Source of the DNA: an uncultured Thermodesulfovibrio sp.
GTDB taxonomy: Bacteria > Nitrospirota > Thermodesulfovibrionia > Thermodesulfovibrionales > JdFR-85
Direction: 5' to 3'
NCBI GenBank assembly: GCA_964639515.1
Contig: CAZXDE010000008.1
Location: 1 to 25,834 of the forward strand
DNA: 25,834 bases
The first letter of the stretch is position 1. Each line of letters opens with the position of its first letter. The position numbers were made by a program, and so were the translations under genes. Of the stretch, positions 1 through 7,667 are shown in pieces. Below the pieces are notes generated by a model. That model was given only the letters and a program-made list of their open reading frames with translations, was not told the DNA's origin and searched no databases.

Positions 1-32
1 CCCTTATATGGCTTTTAACCCGCCTACTGTAA

Positions 33-38
33 TATAAT
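33..38 (+). promoter_or_regulatory. sigma70-type -10 hexamer for psd (probable leaderless transcript)
   Basis: TATAAT at 33-38, followed by 6 nt and then the psd ATG at 45. No Shine-Dalgarno and no clear -35. Confidence 0.55.
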
Positions 39-44
39 CCATAT

Positions 45-671
45 ATGTTAAAAATAGCACCTGAAGGCCGGCCCTTTGTGGCTGTCACGGCACTTCTCAC
101 AGTAATTATCAACCTGATATGGCAGCCCTGGACGGCTGTGTTGCCGCTGATACTCTTTCTATTCATTCTCTACTTCTTCAGGGACCCTGAGAGGACGATT
201 CCTGAGGAAAAAGATATCTTTGTCTCTCCTGCAGACGGTAAGGTAATACTTGTAAAGGAGACAACGGAGGAAGAGTATATTAAGGATAAGGTCAAACAGG
301 TCAGCATATTTATGTCTCCCTTTAACGTCCATGTCAACAGGGCACCCTGCGATGGTACGGTTGAGAAGGTAAAACATACCCCCGGCGGGTTTAGTGCGGC
401 ATACACGGATGAGGCATCCCTCAGCAATGAAAACATAGCCATGCTTCTCAATACAGAGTACGGCCATGTGCTGGTCAGGCAGGTCGCAGGCCTTATCGCC
501 AGACGGGCTGTGTGCAGGGTAGGCCCTGGTGAGATACTTAAAAGGGGACAACGATACGGTATGATTAAATTCAGTTCAAGAGTGGACCTCTATCTTCCGG
601 TAGCTGTACAGATAGAGGTAAAGGTCGGCCAGAAAGTCCGGGCCGGTGAGACAATAGTGGCCAGAAAATAA
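45..671 (+). CDS. psd: phosphatidylserine decarboxylase proenzyme (short type)
   Basis: 208 aa with an N-terminal hydrophobic segment, FFRDPER, SPADG, SIFMSPFNVHVNRAP and the autocleavage region GMIKFSSRVDL (the usual GS site reads SS here). Lies next to pssA. Confidence 0.95.
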   Translation: MLKIAPEGRPFVAVTALLTVIINLIWQPWTAVLPLILFLFILYFFRDPERTIPEEKDIFVSPADGKVILVKETTEEEYIKDKVKQVSIFMSPFNVHVNRAPCDGTVEKVKHTPGGFSAAYTDEASLSNENIAMLLNTEYGHVLVRQVAGLIARRAVCRVGPGEILKRGQRYGMIKFSSRVDLYLPVAVQIEVKVGQKVRAGETIVARK

Positions 672-679
672 AACTCAAT

Positions 680-699
680 CGGACGCTATTCTGCGTCCG
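680..699. other. intergenic hairpin between psd and pssA
   Basis: CGGACGC-tattct-GCGTCCG is a perfect 7-bp stem. There is no U-tract, so it is not called a terminator. Confidence 0.5.
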
Positions 700-717
700 G
701 CGAAAGGATGTTTTCAA

Positions 718-1455
718 ATGAAAAAAGGTGTTTACCTACTTCCCAACGGGCTTACCCTTTGCGGTATGTTCTTTGGATTTTATGCAGTGCTCTCTGCACT
801 TAACGGTGATTATGTCAGGGCGGCCTGGGCAATACTGATTGCCACTGTCTTTGACGGACTTGATGGCTGGGTGGCAAGGCTTACAAACAGTACTACCAGA
901 TTTGGTGTGGAGCTTGACTCCCTGAGTGACCTTGTTGCATTTGGTGTTGCCCCTGCCATTTTGCTCTATACATGGTCACTAAACCCCTTTGGCCGTGTTG
1001 GAGCAGCCGCGGCCTTTCTCTTTGTTGCATGCGGTGCACTGAGACTTGCACGTTATAATATCCAGATGGGCTCGGCAGAAAAACGCTCATTTACAGGCCT
1101 GCCCATCCCTGCTGCAGCCGTCATAATCGCAACACTCGTTATCTTTTACGAAAATATTACCGAAGACAGACCCGAGAAGAGTATTCTGATACTCCTGCTC
1201 ACGGTTGTCCTTGCAATTCTGATGATCAGTACAATGAGGTTTCACGGCGCTAAAGAAATAGACTTTAAAAAGAGGAAGCCCTTCTGGGTCCTTGTCATAT
1301 TTGTGCTCCTTATAGTTGCTACTGTTATCCACCCCCCGGTTGCACTCTTTTCCTTTGCAATGGTCTATCTCTTTTGGGGTATAATAGAAAACGCGTACCT
1401 GTTATACAAAAAGAAAAAAAGGATTAAGAATCCGGATAAAAGAGCCACTACCTGA
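718..1455 (+). CDS. pssA: CDP-diacylglycerol--serine O-phosphatidyltransferase
   Basis: 245-aa membrane protein with LPNGLT, the CDP-alcohol motif DGLDGWVARLTNSTTRFGVELDSLSD, CGALRLARYN and FTGLPIPAAA. Follows psd. Confidence 0.95.
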   Translation: MKKGVYLLPNGLTLCGMFFGFYAVLSALNGDYVRAAWAILIATVFDGLDGWVARLTNSTTRFGVELDSLSDLVAFGVAPAILLYTWSLNPFGRVGAAAAFLFVACGALRLARYNIQMGSAEKRSFTGLPIPAAAVIIATLVIFYENITEDRPEKSILILLLTVVLAILMISTMRFHGAKEIDFKKRKPFWVLVIFVLLIVATVIHPPVALFSFAMVYLFWGIIENAYLLYKKKKRIKNPDKRATT

Positions 1456-1507
1456 CGCCTGTTTCTTATCACCATAAACTAAAAAAACTAAAAGGAATTC
1501 GAAAATT

Positions 1508-3034
1508 GTGAGATACATAAGGATTTTTGATACAACCCTCAGAGACGGCGAGCAGTCACCGGGGGCCTCGATGAATGTGGAGGAAAAACTCCATGTTGCC
1601 CGTCAACTGGCAAGGTTAAACGTTGACGTGATAGAGGCCGGCTTTCCAGTTGCCTCCCCTGGCGATTTTGAGGCCGTAAGGCGAATTGCAGAAGAGATAA
1701 AGGGAGTCACTGTTGCAGGGCTTGCCAGGGCAAAGGATGTAGATATCGAGCGCGCGGCAGAGGCGATAAAACCCGCGGAGTCCGGAAGGATACATACCTT
1801 TCTCGCCACCTCGGACATTCACCTGAAGTATAAACTCCGAATGAGCAGGGAAGAGGTTTTGAATGCAGCCGTAGATGCAGTGAAGAAGGCAAGGGGTTTT
1901 ACGGATGATGTGGAGTTCTCTGCTGAGGATGCCACAAGGAGTGATTGGGATTTTCTCTGCAGGGTTACAGAAGAGGTTATAAAGGCAGGGGCTGCAACCG
2001 TGAATATTCCTGATACCGTGGGCTATACCATACCCCGGGAATTTGGCGAACTGATTGAGTATCTGATGAACAGGGTGCCGAATATTGATAAGGCGGTAAT
2101 CTCCGTACATTGTCATAATGACCTTGGCCTTGCAGTGGCTAACTCACTGACTGCTGTCCTTAAGGGGGCCGGCCAGGTTGAGTGCACGTTGAACGGCATT
2201 GGCGAGCGGGCCGGGAATGCGGCATTGGAAGAGGTAGTTATGGCGCTTAAGACAAGGCCGAAGTTCTTTAATGCAGAGACCGGAATAGTTACTGAGGAGA
2301 TATACAAGACGAGCCGTCTTGTCTCAAAGATTACAGGTGTGGTCGTACAGCCGAACAAGGCCATAGTCGGTGCCAATGCCTTTGCCCATGAAGCCGGAAT
2401 TCACCAGGACGGGGTTCTCAAGGAGCGCTCAACCTACGAGATTATGAAACCCGAAACGGTCGGGATACCGCAGAGCAAGCTGGTCCTCGGAAAGCACTCG
2501 GGCAGGCATGCCTTTAAGGAGAGGCTCAGGGAGCTTGGTTATGAACTGGGTGATGAGGAGCTCAACAAGGCATTTGAGAGGTTCAAGCGTCTGTGTGACC
2601 AGAAGAAATATATATTTGACGAGGATATCGAGACCCTTGTATCTGAAGAGGTAAAAAGAGTTCCCGAGGTCTTCAGCCTCATGGATTTGAAGGTCTCAAG
2701 CGGCACATCGGTCAAGCCGACTGCCACAGTCCGTCTGAAGGTCAGGGACGAGGTTGTTGAGCGTACCGAGGAAGGTGATGGTCCTGTTGATGCCGCTTAC
2801 TGTGCCATTGCAAGGATTACAGAGACAAAGAGCCATCTTGAGAAGTTCGAGATAAAGGGTATAACAGGGGGCACTGACGCGCTTGGAGAGGTCATGGTAA
2901 CCCTTGAAGAGGACGGCCATACGGTCAGGGGATATGGATCTGATACGGACATCATTGTTGCTGCTGCAAAAGCGTATATTAATGCCCTGAACAAGCTTGA
3001 AGGCAGAAAGAGGGAGCCGCAGAAGGGGATATGA
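1508..3034 (+). CDS. leuA: 2-isopropylmalate synthase
   Basis: 508 aa, GTG start. Motifs [36 protein letters not shown] and HEAGIHQDG, plus a C-terminal regulatory domain ([16 protein letters not shown]). Confidence 0.96.
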   Translation: MRYIRIFDTTLRDGEQSPGASMNVEEKLHVARQLARLNVDVIEAGFPVASPGDFEAVRRIAEEIKGVTVAGLARAKDVDIERAAEAIKPAESGRIHTFLATSDIHLKYKLRMSREEVLNAAVDAVKKARGFTDDVEFSAEDATRSDWDFLCRVTEEVIKAGAATVNIPDTVGYTIPREFGELIEYLMNRVPNIDKAVISVHCHNDLGLAVANSLTAVLKGAGQVECTLNGIGERAGNAALEEVVMALKTRPKFFNAETGIVTEEIYKTSRLVSKITGVVVQPNKAIVGANAFAHEAGIHQDGVLKERSTYEIMKPETVGIPQSKLVLGKHSGRHAFKERLRELGYELGDEELNKAFERFKRLCDQKKYIFDEDIETLVSEEVKRVPEVFSLMDLKVSSGTSVKPTATVRLKVRDEVVERTEEGDGPVDAAYCAIARITETKSHLEKFEIKGITGGTDALGEVMVTLEEDGHTVRGYGSDTDIIVAAAKAYINALNKLEGRKREPQKGI

Positions 3035-3051
3035 TTGAAAAGACAAGGAGT

Positions 3052-3290
3052 ATCCGCAGATTACACAGATTTCGCAGATTTTCATAATTTCAGTTCCCTT
3101 TTTAACCTTGATAATGTTGTAAAAAGTCTGAAAATATCTTTTTTGTCATTTCGAGCGGAGCGAAGCAATTTCTTGCAGTCTGATTTTTAAAACAGATTGC
3201 TTTGTCGCTTTACTCCTCGCAATGACAGTCTTGGACTTTTTTAGGTTAGTCAATCTTTATAATCTGCGTTAATCTGCGAAATCTGCGGAT
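3052..3290. repeat. three-layer nested inverted-repeat element (REP/RPE-like, MITE-like)
   Basis: Outer arms 3052-3080 ATCCGCAGATTACACAGATTTCGCAGATT and 3261-3290 AATCTGCGTTAATCTGCGAAATCTGCGGAT. Middle arms 3108-3128 TTGA..AAAAAGTC and 3234-3253 GACTTTTT..TCAA. Inner arms 3144-3171 TGTCATTTCGAG..AAGCAAT and 3194-3227 ATTGCTT..CTCGCAATGACA. Confidence 0.85.
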
Positions 3291-3365
3291 TAAACAAGTT
3301 GATAAGTCTTTGTCTTGTAAATTTGTGACCAGGTTTAGAGTTTTTTATTTTTGATGGAGGAATGG

Positions 3366-4625
3366 ATGACTATTACTGAGAAGATACTTGCTGCCCATAC
3401 TGAAAAAAAAGAGGTCTCTCCTGGAGAGTTGATAAATGCAAGGGTGGACCTTATACTTGCAAACGATATAACTGCGCCTATCGCCATAAAGGAGTTTAGG
3501 AAGATCGGAGCTGAAAAGGTCTTTAATCCTGAGCGGGTGGCCTTTATACCGGATCACTTTGCCCCTCAGAAAGATATAAAGGCTGCTGAGCAATGCAGGA
3601 TGTTGAAGCTTTTTTCAAGAGAGCAGGGACTGGAGCTCTATTTTGAGGTTGGCAGGATGGGGGTCGAACATGCCCTGCTGCCGGAGCAGGGACACGTGGT
3701 TCCGGGTGATCTTGTAATAGGAGCCGACAGCCATACGTGCACATACGGTGCCCTTGGTGCCTTCTCAACCGGTGTTGGCTCTACCGACGTTGCAGCTTCC
3801 ATGGCAACCGGTGAGTGCTGGTTCAAGGTTCCGGAAAGCATGAAGTTTATCTATTACGGAAGCCTCGGGAAATGGGTCGGCGGCAAGGACCTCATACTTC
3901 ATACAATCGGAGATGTTGGCGTGGATGGCGCCCTTTACAGGGCTATGGAGTTTGAGGGTGAGACGATAAGGACCCTGCCGATGTTCAGCAGGCTTACCAT
4001 GTGTAATATGGCCATAGAGGCGGGGGGAAAAAGCGGGATAATTGTCCCTGACGATATAACAGAGGCATATGTGAAGGGGAGGGCCAGGAGGGAGTATAAG
4101 TTCTATCAGTCCGACCCTGATGCAGTATATGTGGAGACCAGGGAGTATGACTGCTCAACGATTGAACCCCTGGTTGCCTGTCCTCATTTGCCCTCCAATG
4201 TCAGACCTGCCAAAGAGCTGACTGATATTACCATAGATCAGGTTGTGATAGGGTCCTGTACAAACGGACGCATTGAAGACCTCAGGGAGGCTGCAGGGGT
4301 AATAAGGGACAGAAAGGTCAATCCCAATATTCGTATGATCGTTATTCCGGCAACGCAGGCCATCTACAAACAGGCCCTGAAGGAAGGGTTGATCGAGGTC
4401 TTTATTGACTCTGATGCCGTGGTATCAACACCTACATGCGGTCCCTGCCTGGGCGGTCATATGGGTATCCTCGCAAAGGGAGAGAGGGCTGTTGCCACCA
4501 CAAACAGAAACTTTGTGGGAAGGATGGGAGACCCTGGAAGTGAGGTCTATCTCTCAAACCCTGCAGTGGCTGCTGCAACGGCCGTACTTGGCAGGATCGG
4601 ATTACCTGAGGAGATAGGCCTTTAA
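3366..4625 (+). CDS. leuC: 3-isopropylmalate dehydratase large subunit (short LeuC/HacA-like type)
   Basis: 419 aa from ATG 3366, with SD GGAGG at 3356-3360 (the ORF track starts upstream at 3351). Motifs MTITEKILA, DHFAP, GADSHTCTYGA, and the Fe-S cysteines in GSCTNGR and TCGPCLGG. Confidence 0.93.
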   Translation: MTITEKILAAHTEKKEVSPGELINARVDLILANDITAPIAIKEFRKIGAEKVFNPERVAFIPDHFAPQKDIKAAEQCRMLKLFSREQGLELYFEVGRMGVEHALLPEQGHVVPGDLVIGADSHTCTYGALGAFSTGVGSTDVAASMATGECWFKVPESMKFIYYGSLGKWVGGKDLILHTIGDVGVDGALYRAMEFEGETIRTLPMFSRLTMCNMAIEAGGKSGIIVPDDITEAYVKGRARREYKFYQSDPDAVYVETREYDCSTIEPLVACPHLPSNVRPAKELTDITIDQVVIGSCTNGRIEDLREAAGVIRDRKVNPNIRMIVIPATQAIYKQALKEGLIEVFIDSDAVVSTPTCGPCLGGHMGILAKGERAVATTNRNFVGRMGDPGSEVYLSNPAVAAATAVLGRIGLPEEIGL

Positions 4626-4815
4626 AATAGTTCATTAGCCGCTCAATAGTTGAATTTTAATGCCAAAACCCAGCAATAAGACGTAATAGCTTTATTTATT
4701 GCTCCCCATTTTAAAGAAAGAGCTAAGCCGGTGGCAATTACAGAGGATAGGTGGACTTGATTATCTCCGGCGTAACCCTTACAATAAACTATATAGAGTC
4801 TATGTATAAAATAGA

Positions 4816-4879
4816 GCAGTTAGCGTTTTTCCGTCATTCCCTGAAAGCATTCGGGATTGCTGGAATGACAAATAACTGC
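4816..4879. repeat. nested palindromic REP/RPE-like element
   Basis: GCAGTTA (4816-4822) and TAACTGC (4873-4879) enclose GTCATTCC (4833-4840) and GGAATGAC (4862-4869). Confidence 0.7.
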
Positions 4880-4954
4880 AATCTGGTAAGTATCAGTGTT
4901 TCCGGTTTGTTCGAGGATATTACACTGATCATAAATCGGGGAGGAGAATAACTC

Positions 4955-6322
4955 TTGACGGAAAACATACCCCTGAAAAGGACCGATGCCTTTCTCTGCA
5001 ACTTTGTTATGGAACCACTTCTGGTGATAAACAGGGCGGGAAAGGTTATAGCCTTCAACAAGGCCTTTGCGGGGATACTTGGGGTGGAGGAATCATCCAT
5101 AAAAAGCAGGGATTTCAGGGAAATAGATGAATTATCAAGTTTCTGGCCTTCTGTGCAACATTGTCTCAATACATGTGAAGACATTAAGGACAGGCTGCGT
5201 ATCGGGGAAATTGAATATGAAGTCACAATACATCCCGCCACTTCAATGGATGGCAAGGAGATTTTGAGTCTGCTTTTCTATGACGTATCACATTATCTGA
5301 CAGTAGAAAAGGAGCTTGTAAAACGTAATCGTGAGCTAATGGTCATTAATACACTTTCAGGTGCGTTTATATCCTCCTATGATATTGACCGGGTCTTCAA
5401 TGACCTTCTTGAGAAGGTATTAATGATAACGGATTTCAGTGTAGGATGGATAGTGTTGACTGACAACAGTGGTCTCATACTCAAGAGTCATGCAGGGGTT
5501 TCCCTGAACTTCCTGAAGCAGTTAAATGAAGGCAAGCTTGATGAGTTTGTATGGTCAATACTGGATGCTGCAGAGCCGTTATATATACTTGAAAAGGATC
5601 AGGTCAAGAACTTTCATCATCTGAAAAAAGAGGGGGTTGTCTTTTTGGGAGCAATACCTCTGAAGGTATCAAATTCGATATCCGGCATGCTCTTTCTTGC
5701 CAGCAGGTCTGAGAGGGTTTTTGACTTTGACCTCGCATCCATGATGGCCCTTATTGGCAACCAGATATCCCTGATAGTGGAGAAGATCAGACTTTTTGAG
5801 GAGACAAGGAGACTCTCTATAACCGATGACCTGACAGGTCTCTATAATGTGAGATTTTTTTACCGTTCCCTCGAATCGGAGCTTGCAAGGGCAAGGCGGT
5901 ATCAGGACGCCTTTTGCCTTGTTATCTTTGACATCGATGACTTTAAGGTAATAAATGATACCTATGGTCACCAGGTTGGAGATGATATCCTGAGAGAGGT
6001 GTCTGAGATTATCCTGAACTCAGCGAGGAAAACCGATGTTGTTGCAAGGTATGGTGGAGAAGAGTTTGTTATCATCCTTCCGAGGACATCCAAGACAGAG
6101 GCCCTTCTTCTTGCCGACAGGATCAGGGAGCGGGTGGCGGAGAATGTTTTCAACAAAAATAATACAGTAAAGATACATATAACCGTAAGTGGTGGGATAT
6201 CAGGATTTCCTGAGGATGGTAAATCCGCAAAAGACCTCTTGTATACTGCTGATATGGCGCTTTATCGTGCTAAAGGATCAGGTAAAAAGAAGGTAGTCTG
6301 CCACTCAGCTGAAACTTCATGA
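4955..6322 (+). CDS. sensor diguanylate cyclase (PAS-GAF-GGDEF)
   Basis: 455 aa, TTG start with GGAGG at 4940-4944. PAS-like N-terminus (PLLVINRAGKVIAFNKAF), GAF-like middle (LGAIPLK..GMLFLAS), and TDDLTGLYN, DIDDFKVINDTYGHQVGD, RKTDVVARYGGEEF. Confidence 0.93.
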   Translation: MTENIPLKRTDAFLCNFVMEPLLVINRAGKVIAFNKAFAGILGVEESSIKSRDFREIDELSSFWPSVQHCLNTCEDIKDRLRIGEIEYEVTIHPATSMDGKEILSLLFYDVSHYLTVEKELVKRNRELMVINTLSGAFISSYDIDRVFNDLLEKVLMITDFSVGWIVLTDNSGLILKSHAGVSLNFLKQLNEGKLDEFVWSILDAAEPLYILEKDQVKNFHHLKKEGVVFLGAIPLKVSNSISGMLFLASRSERVFDFDLASMMALIGNQISLIVEKIRLFEETRRLSITDDLTGLYNVRFFYRSLESELARARRYQDAFCLVIFDIDDFKVINDTYGHQVGDDILREVSEIILNSARKTDVVARYGGEEFVIILPRTSKTEALLLADRIRERVAENVFNKNNTVKIHITVSGGISGFPEDGKSAKDLLYTADMALYRAKGSGKKKVVCHSAETS

Positions 6323-6349
6323 ATTTTTATCCGGGTATCTTCGTTCATC

Positions 6350-6358
6350 TGTTATAAT
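6350..6358 (+). promoter_or_regulatory. extended -10 promoter (TGnTATAAT), probable leaderless start
   Basis: TGTTATAAT is a perfect extended -10. The ATG at 6364 follows after 5 nt with no SD. Confidence 0.65.
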
Positions 6359-6363
6359 ATCAC

Positions 6364-7128
6364 ATGATTCAGGTGTTTAAAAGACCGGAAAGTCTTAAGG
6401 ATGTGCCTTTCAGGTTCTGTCCGGGATGCGGGCATAGTATAGTGCACCGTCTTGTTGCAGAGTGTATTGACGAACTCGGGATAAGGGAACGGACCATAGG
6501 CATAGCACCTGTTGGTTGTGCCGTTTTTGCCTATGATTATTTTAATTTCGATGTAATAGAATGTGCACACGGAAGACCTCCTGCTGTTGCTACAGCCTTA
6601 AAAAGGGTAATGCCCGACAACGTTGTCTTTTCTTATCAGGGAGACGGCGATCTTGCCTCTATCGGACTGGGGGAGATTGTCCATGCTGCCAACAGGGGTG
6701 AAAACCTCTCTGTCTTTTTTATAAACAATGCAACCTATGGTATGACCGGTGGGCAGATGGCCCCGACTACACTGGTGGGACAGAAGACTACAACCACTCC
6801 CGCCGGTCGTGATCCGAAGAGCCAGGGCTACCCCCTTCCCATGGCCGAGATACTCGCAACCATTGAGGGTGCCGTTCTTATAGCCAGGACGGCTATTGAC
6901 GGAATTAAGGGCATAAAAGAGACCCGTAGATTAATAAAGAAAGCTTTCCAATATCAGTTGGAAGGCAAGGGCTTCAGCATGATCGAGATTTTATCTCCAT
7001 GTCCGACTGTCTGGGAAAAAACCCCCGTGGAATCAGTTCAGTGGTTATCCACTCATATGGAGACAGTTTACAGGACGGGGATATTGTTAGACAGGTACGG
7101 GGAGTTGCAGGCTTGGAAAAAAGCATAA
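6364..7128 (+). CDS. 2-oxoacid:ferredoxin oxidoreductase beta subunit (TPP-binding; Kor/Vor-like)
   Basis: 254 aa with FCPGCGH, PVGCAV, HGRPPAVATALKR, the TPP motif YQGDGD...INN, YGMTGGQMAPTT and LSPCPT. Confidence 0.93.
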   Translation: MIQVFKRPESLKDVPFRFCPGCGHSIVHRLVAECIDELGIRERTIGIAPVGCAVFAYDYFNFDVIECAHGRPPAVATALKRVMPDNVVFSYQGDGDLASIGLGEIVHAANRGENLSVFFINNATYGMTGGQMAPTTLVGQKTTTTPAGRDPKSQGYPLPMAEILATIEGAVLIARTAIDGIKGIKETRRLIKKAFQYQLEGKGFSMIEILSPCPTVWEKTPVESVQWLSTHMETVYRTGILLDRYGELQAWKKA

Positions 7129-7667
7129 TCATAGCAGGCTCCGGCGGCCAGGGTATACTATTGTTTGGCCGGCTGATTGCACATACGTTAATGATCGAGG
7201 GTAAAAATGTCACATATTTCCCATCCTACGGGGCCGAGATCAGGGGAGGAACTGCTAATTGTACGGTAATAGTATCTGATGATTTAATCGGGTCTCCGTC
7301 GATCTTGAATCCTGATATCCTGATTGTTTTTAATTGCCTGTCCCTTGAAAGGTTTCTGCCCAGGCTGAAAAAGGGTGGGATTCTGTTCTATGATTCCTCT
7401 TTAATCACAGATGATGGGTGCGGCAGGCTGTCTATGATGGATGAGAGTTCCGGCTTTCATTCTTCTGGGGTGGAGGCATCAGGGAAGGCTGCAGGGCTTG
7501 GTTCAATAAAGTATGCAAATATGGTAATGTTTGGTGCATTCCTTGGAAAAACCCGCATCTCAGACCTTTTCAGGGCAGAAAAGGCCCTCAGGGCCATGGT
7601 ATCTGAAAGGCACTCTGCACTTATTCCGGAAAATCTTAGGGCGATAAAGGTCGGTTATGAGTTATAA
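7113..7667 (+). CDS. 2-oxoacid:ferredoxin oxidoreductase gamma subunit
   Basis: 184 aa from TTG 7113 (GGGGAG at 7099-7104), overlapping the end of beta. Motifs IIIAGSGGQGILLFG, PSYGAEIRGGTANCTV and ANMVMFGAF. The ORF-track start at 6999 is too far upstream. Confidence 0.9.
   Translation: MEKSIIIAGSGGQGILLFGRLIAHTLMIEGKNVTYFPSYGAEIRGGTANCTVIVSDDLIGSPSILNPDILIVFNCLSLERFLPRLKKGGILFYDSSLITDDGCGRLSMMDESSGFHSSGVEASGKAAGLGSIKYANMVMFGAFLGKTRISDLFRAEKALRAMVSERHSALIPENLRAIKVGYEL

Noticed and set aside
17-22. AACCCG motif shared upstream of the psd and sulfotransferase -10 boxes
   Set aside because: Only two instances, with different spacing (10 vs 9 nt), which is compatible with chance.
2696-3085. 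129-aa minus-strand ORF starting MKICEICVICG
   Set aside because: The Cys pattern is just the reverse reading of the 9-nt repeat arm, and the rest is antisense to leuA.
3052-3290. CRISPR array interpretation of the repeats
   Set aside because: The repeats are inverted and nested rather than direct repeats with unique spacers, and there are no cas genes in the window.
4626-4954. c-di-GMP riboswitch, leuD pseudogene, or the 66-aa ORF at 4751-4951
   Set aside because: I could not recognise riboswitch consensus elements or LeuD motifs by eye, and the small ORF runs through palindromic repeats with no recognisable domain. An Infernal scan would be decisive.
6999-7112. N-terminal extension of the gamma subunit in the ORF track
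   Set aside because: It overlaps beta by 130 nt. TTG 7113 has an SD and matches the family N-terminus.
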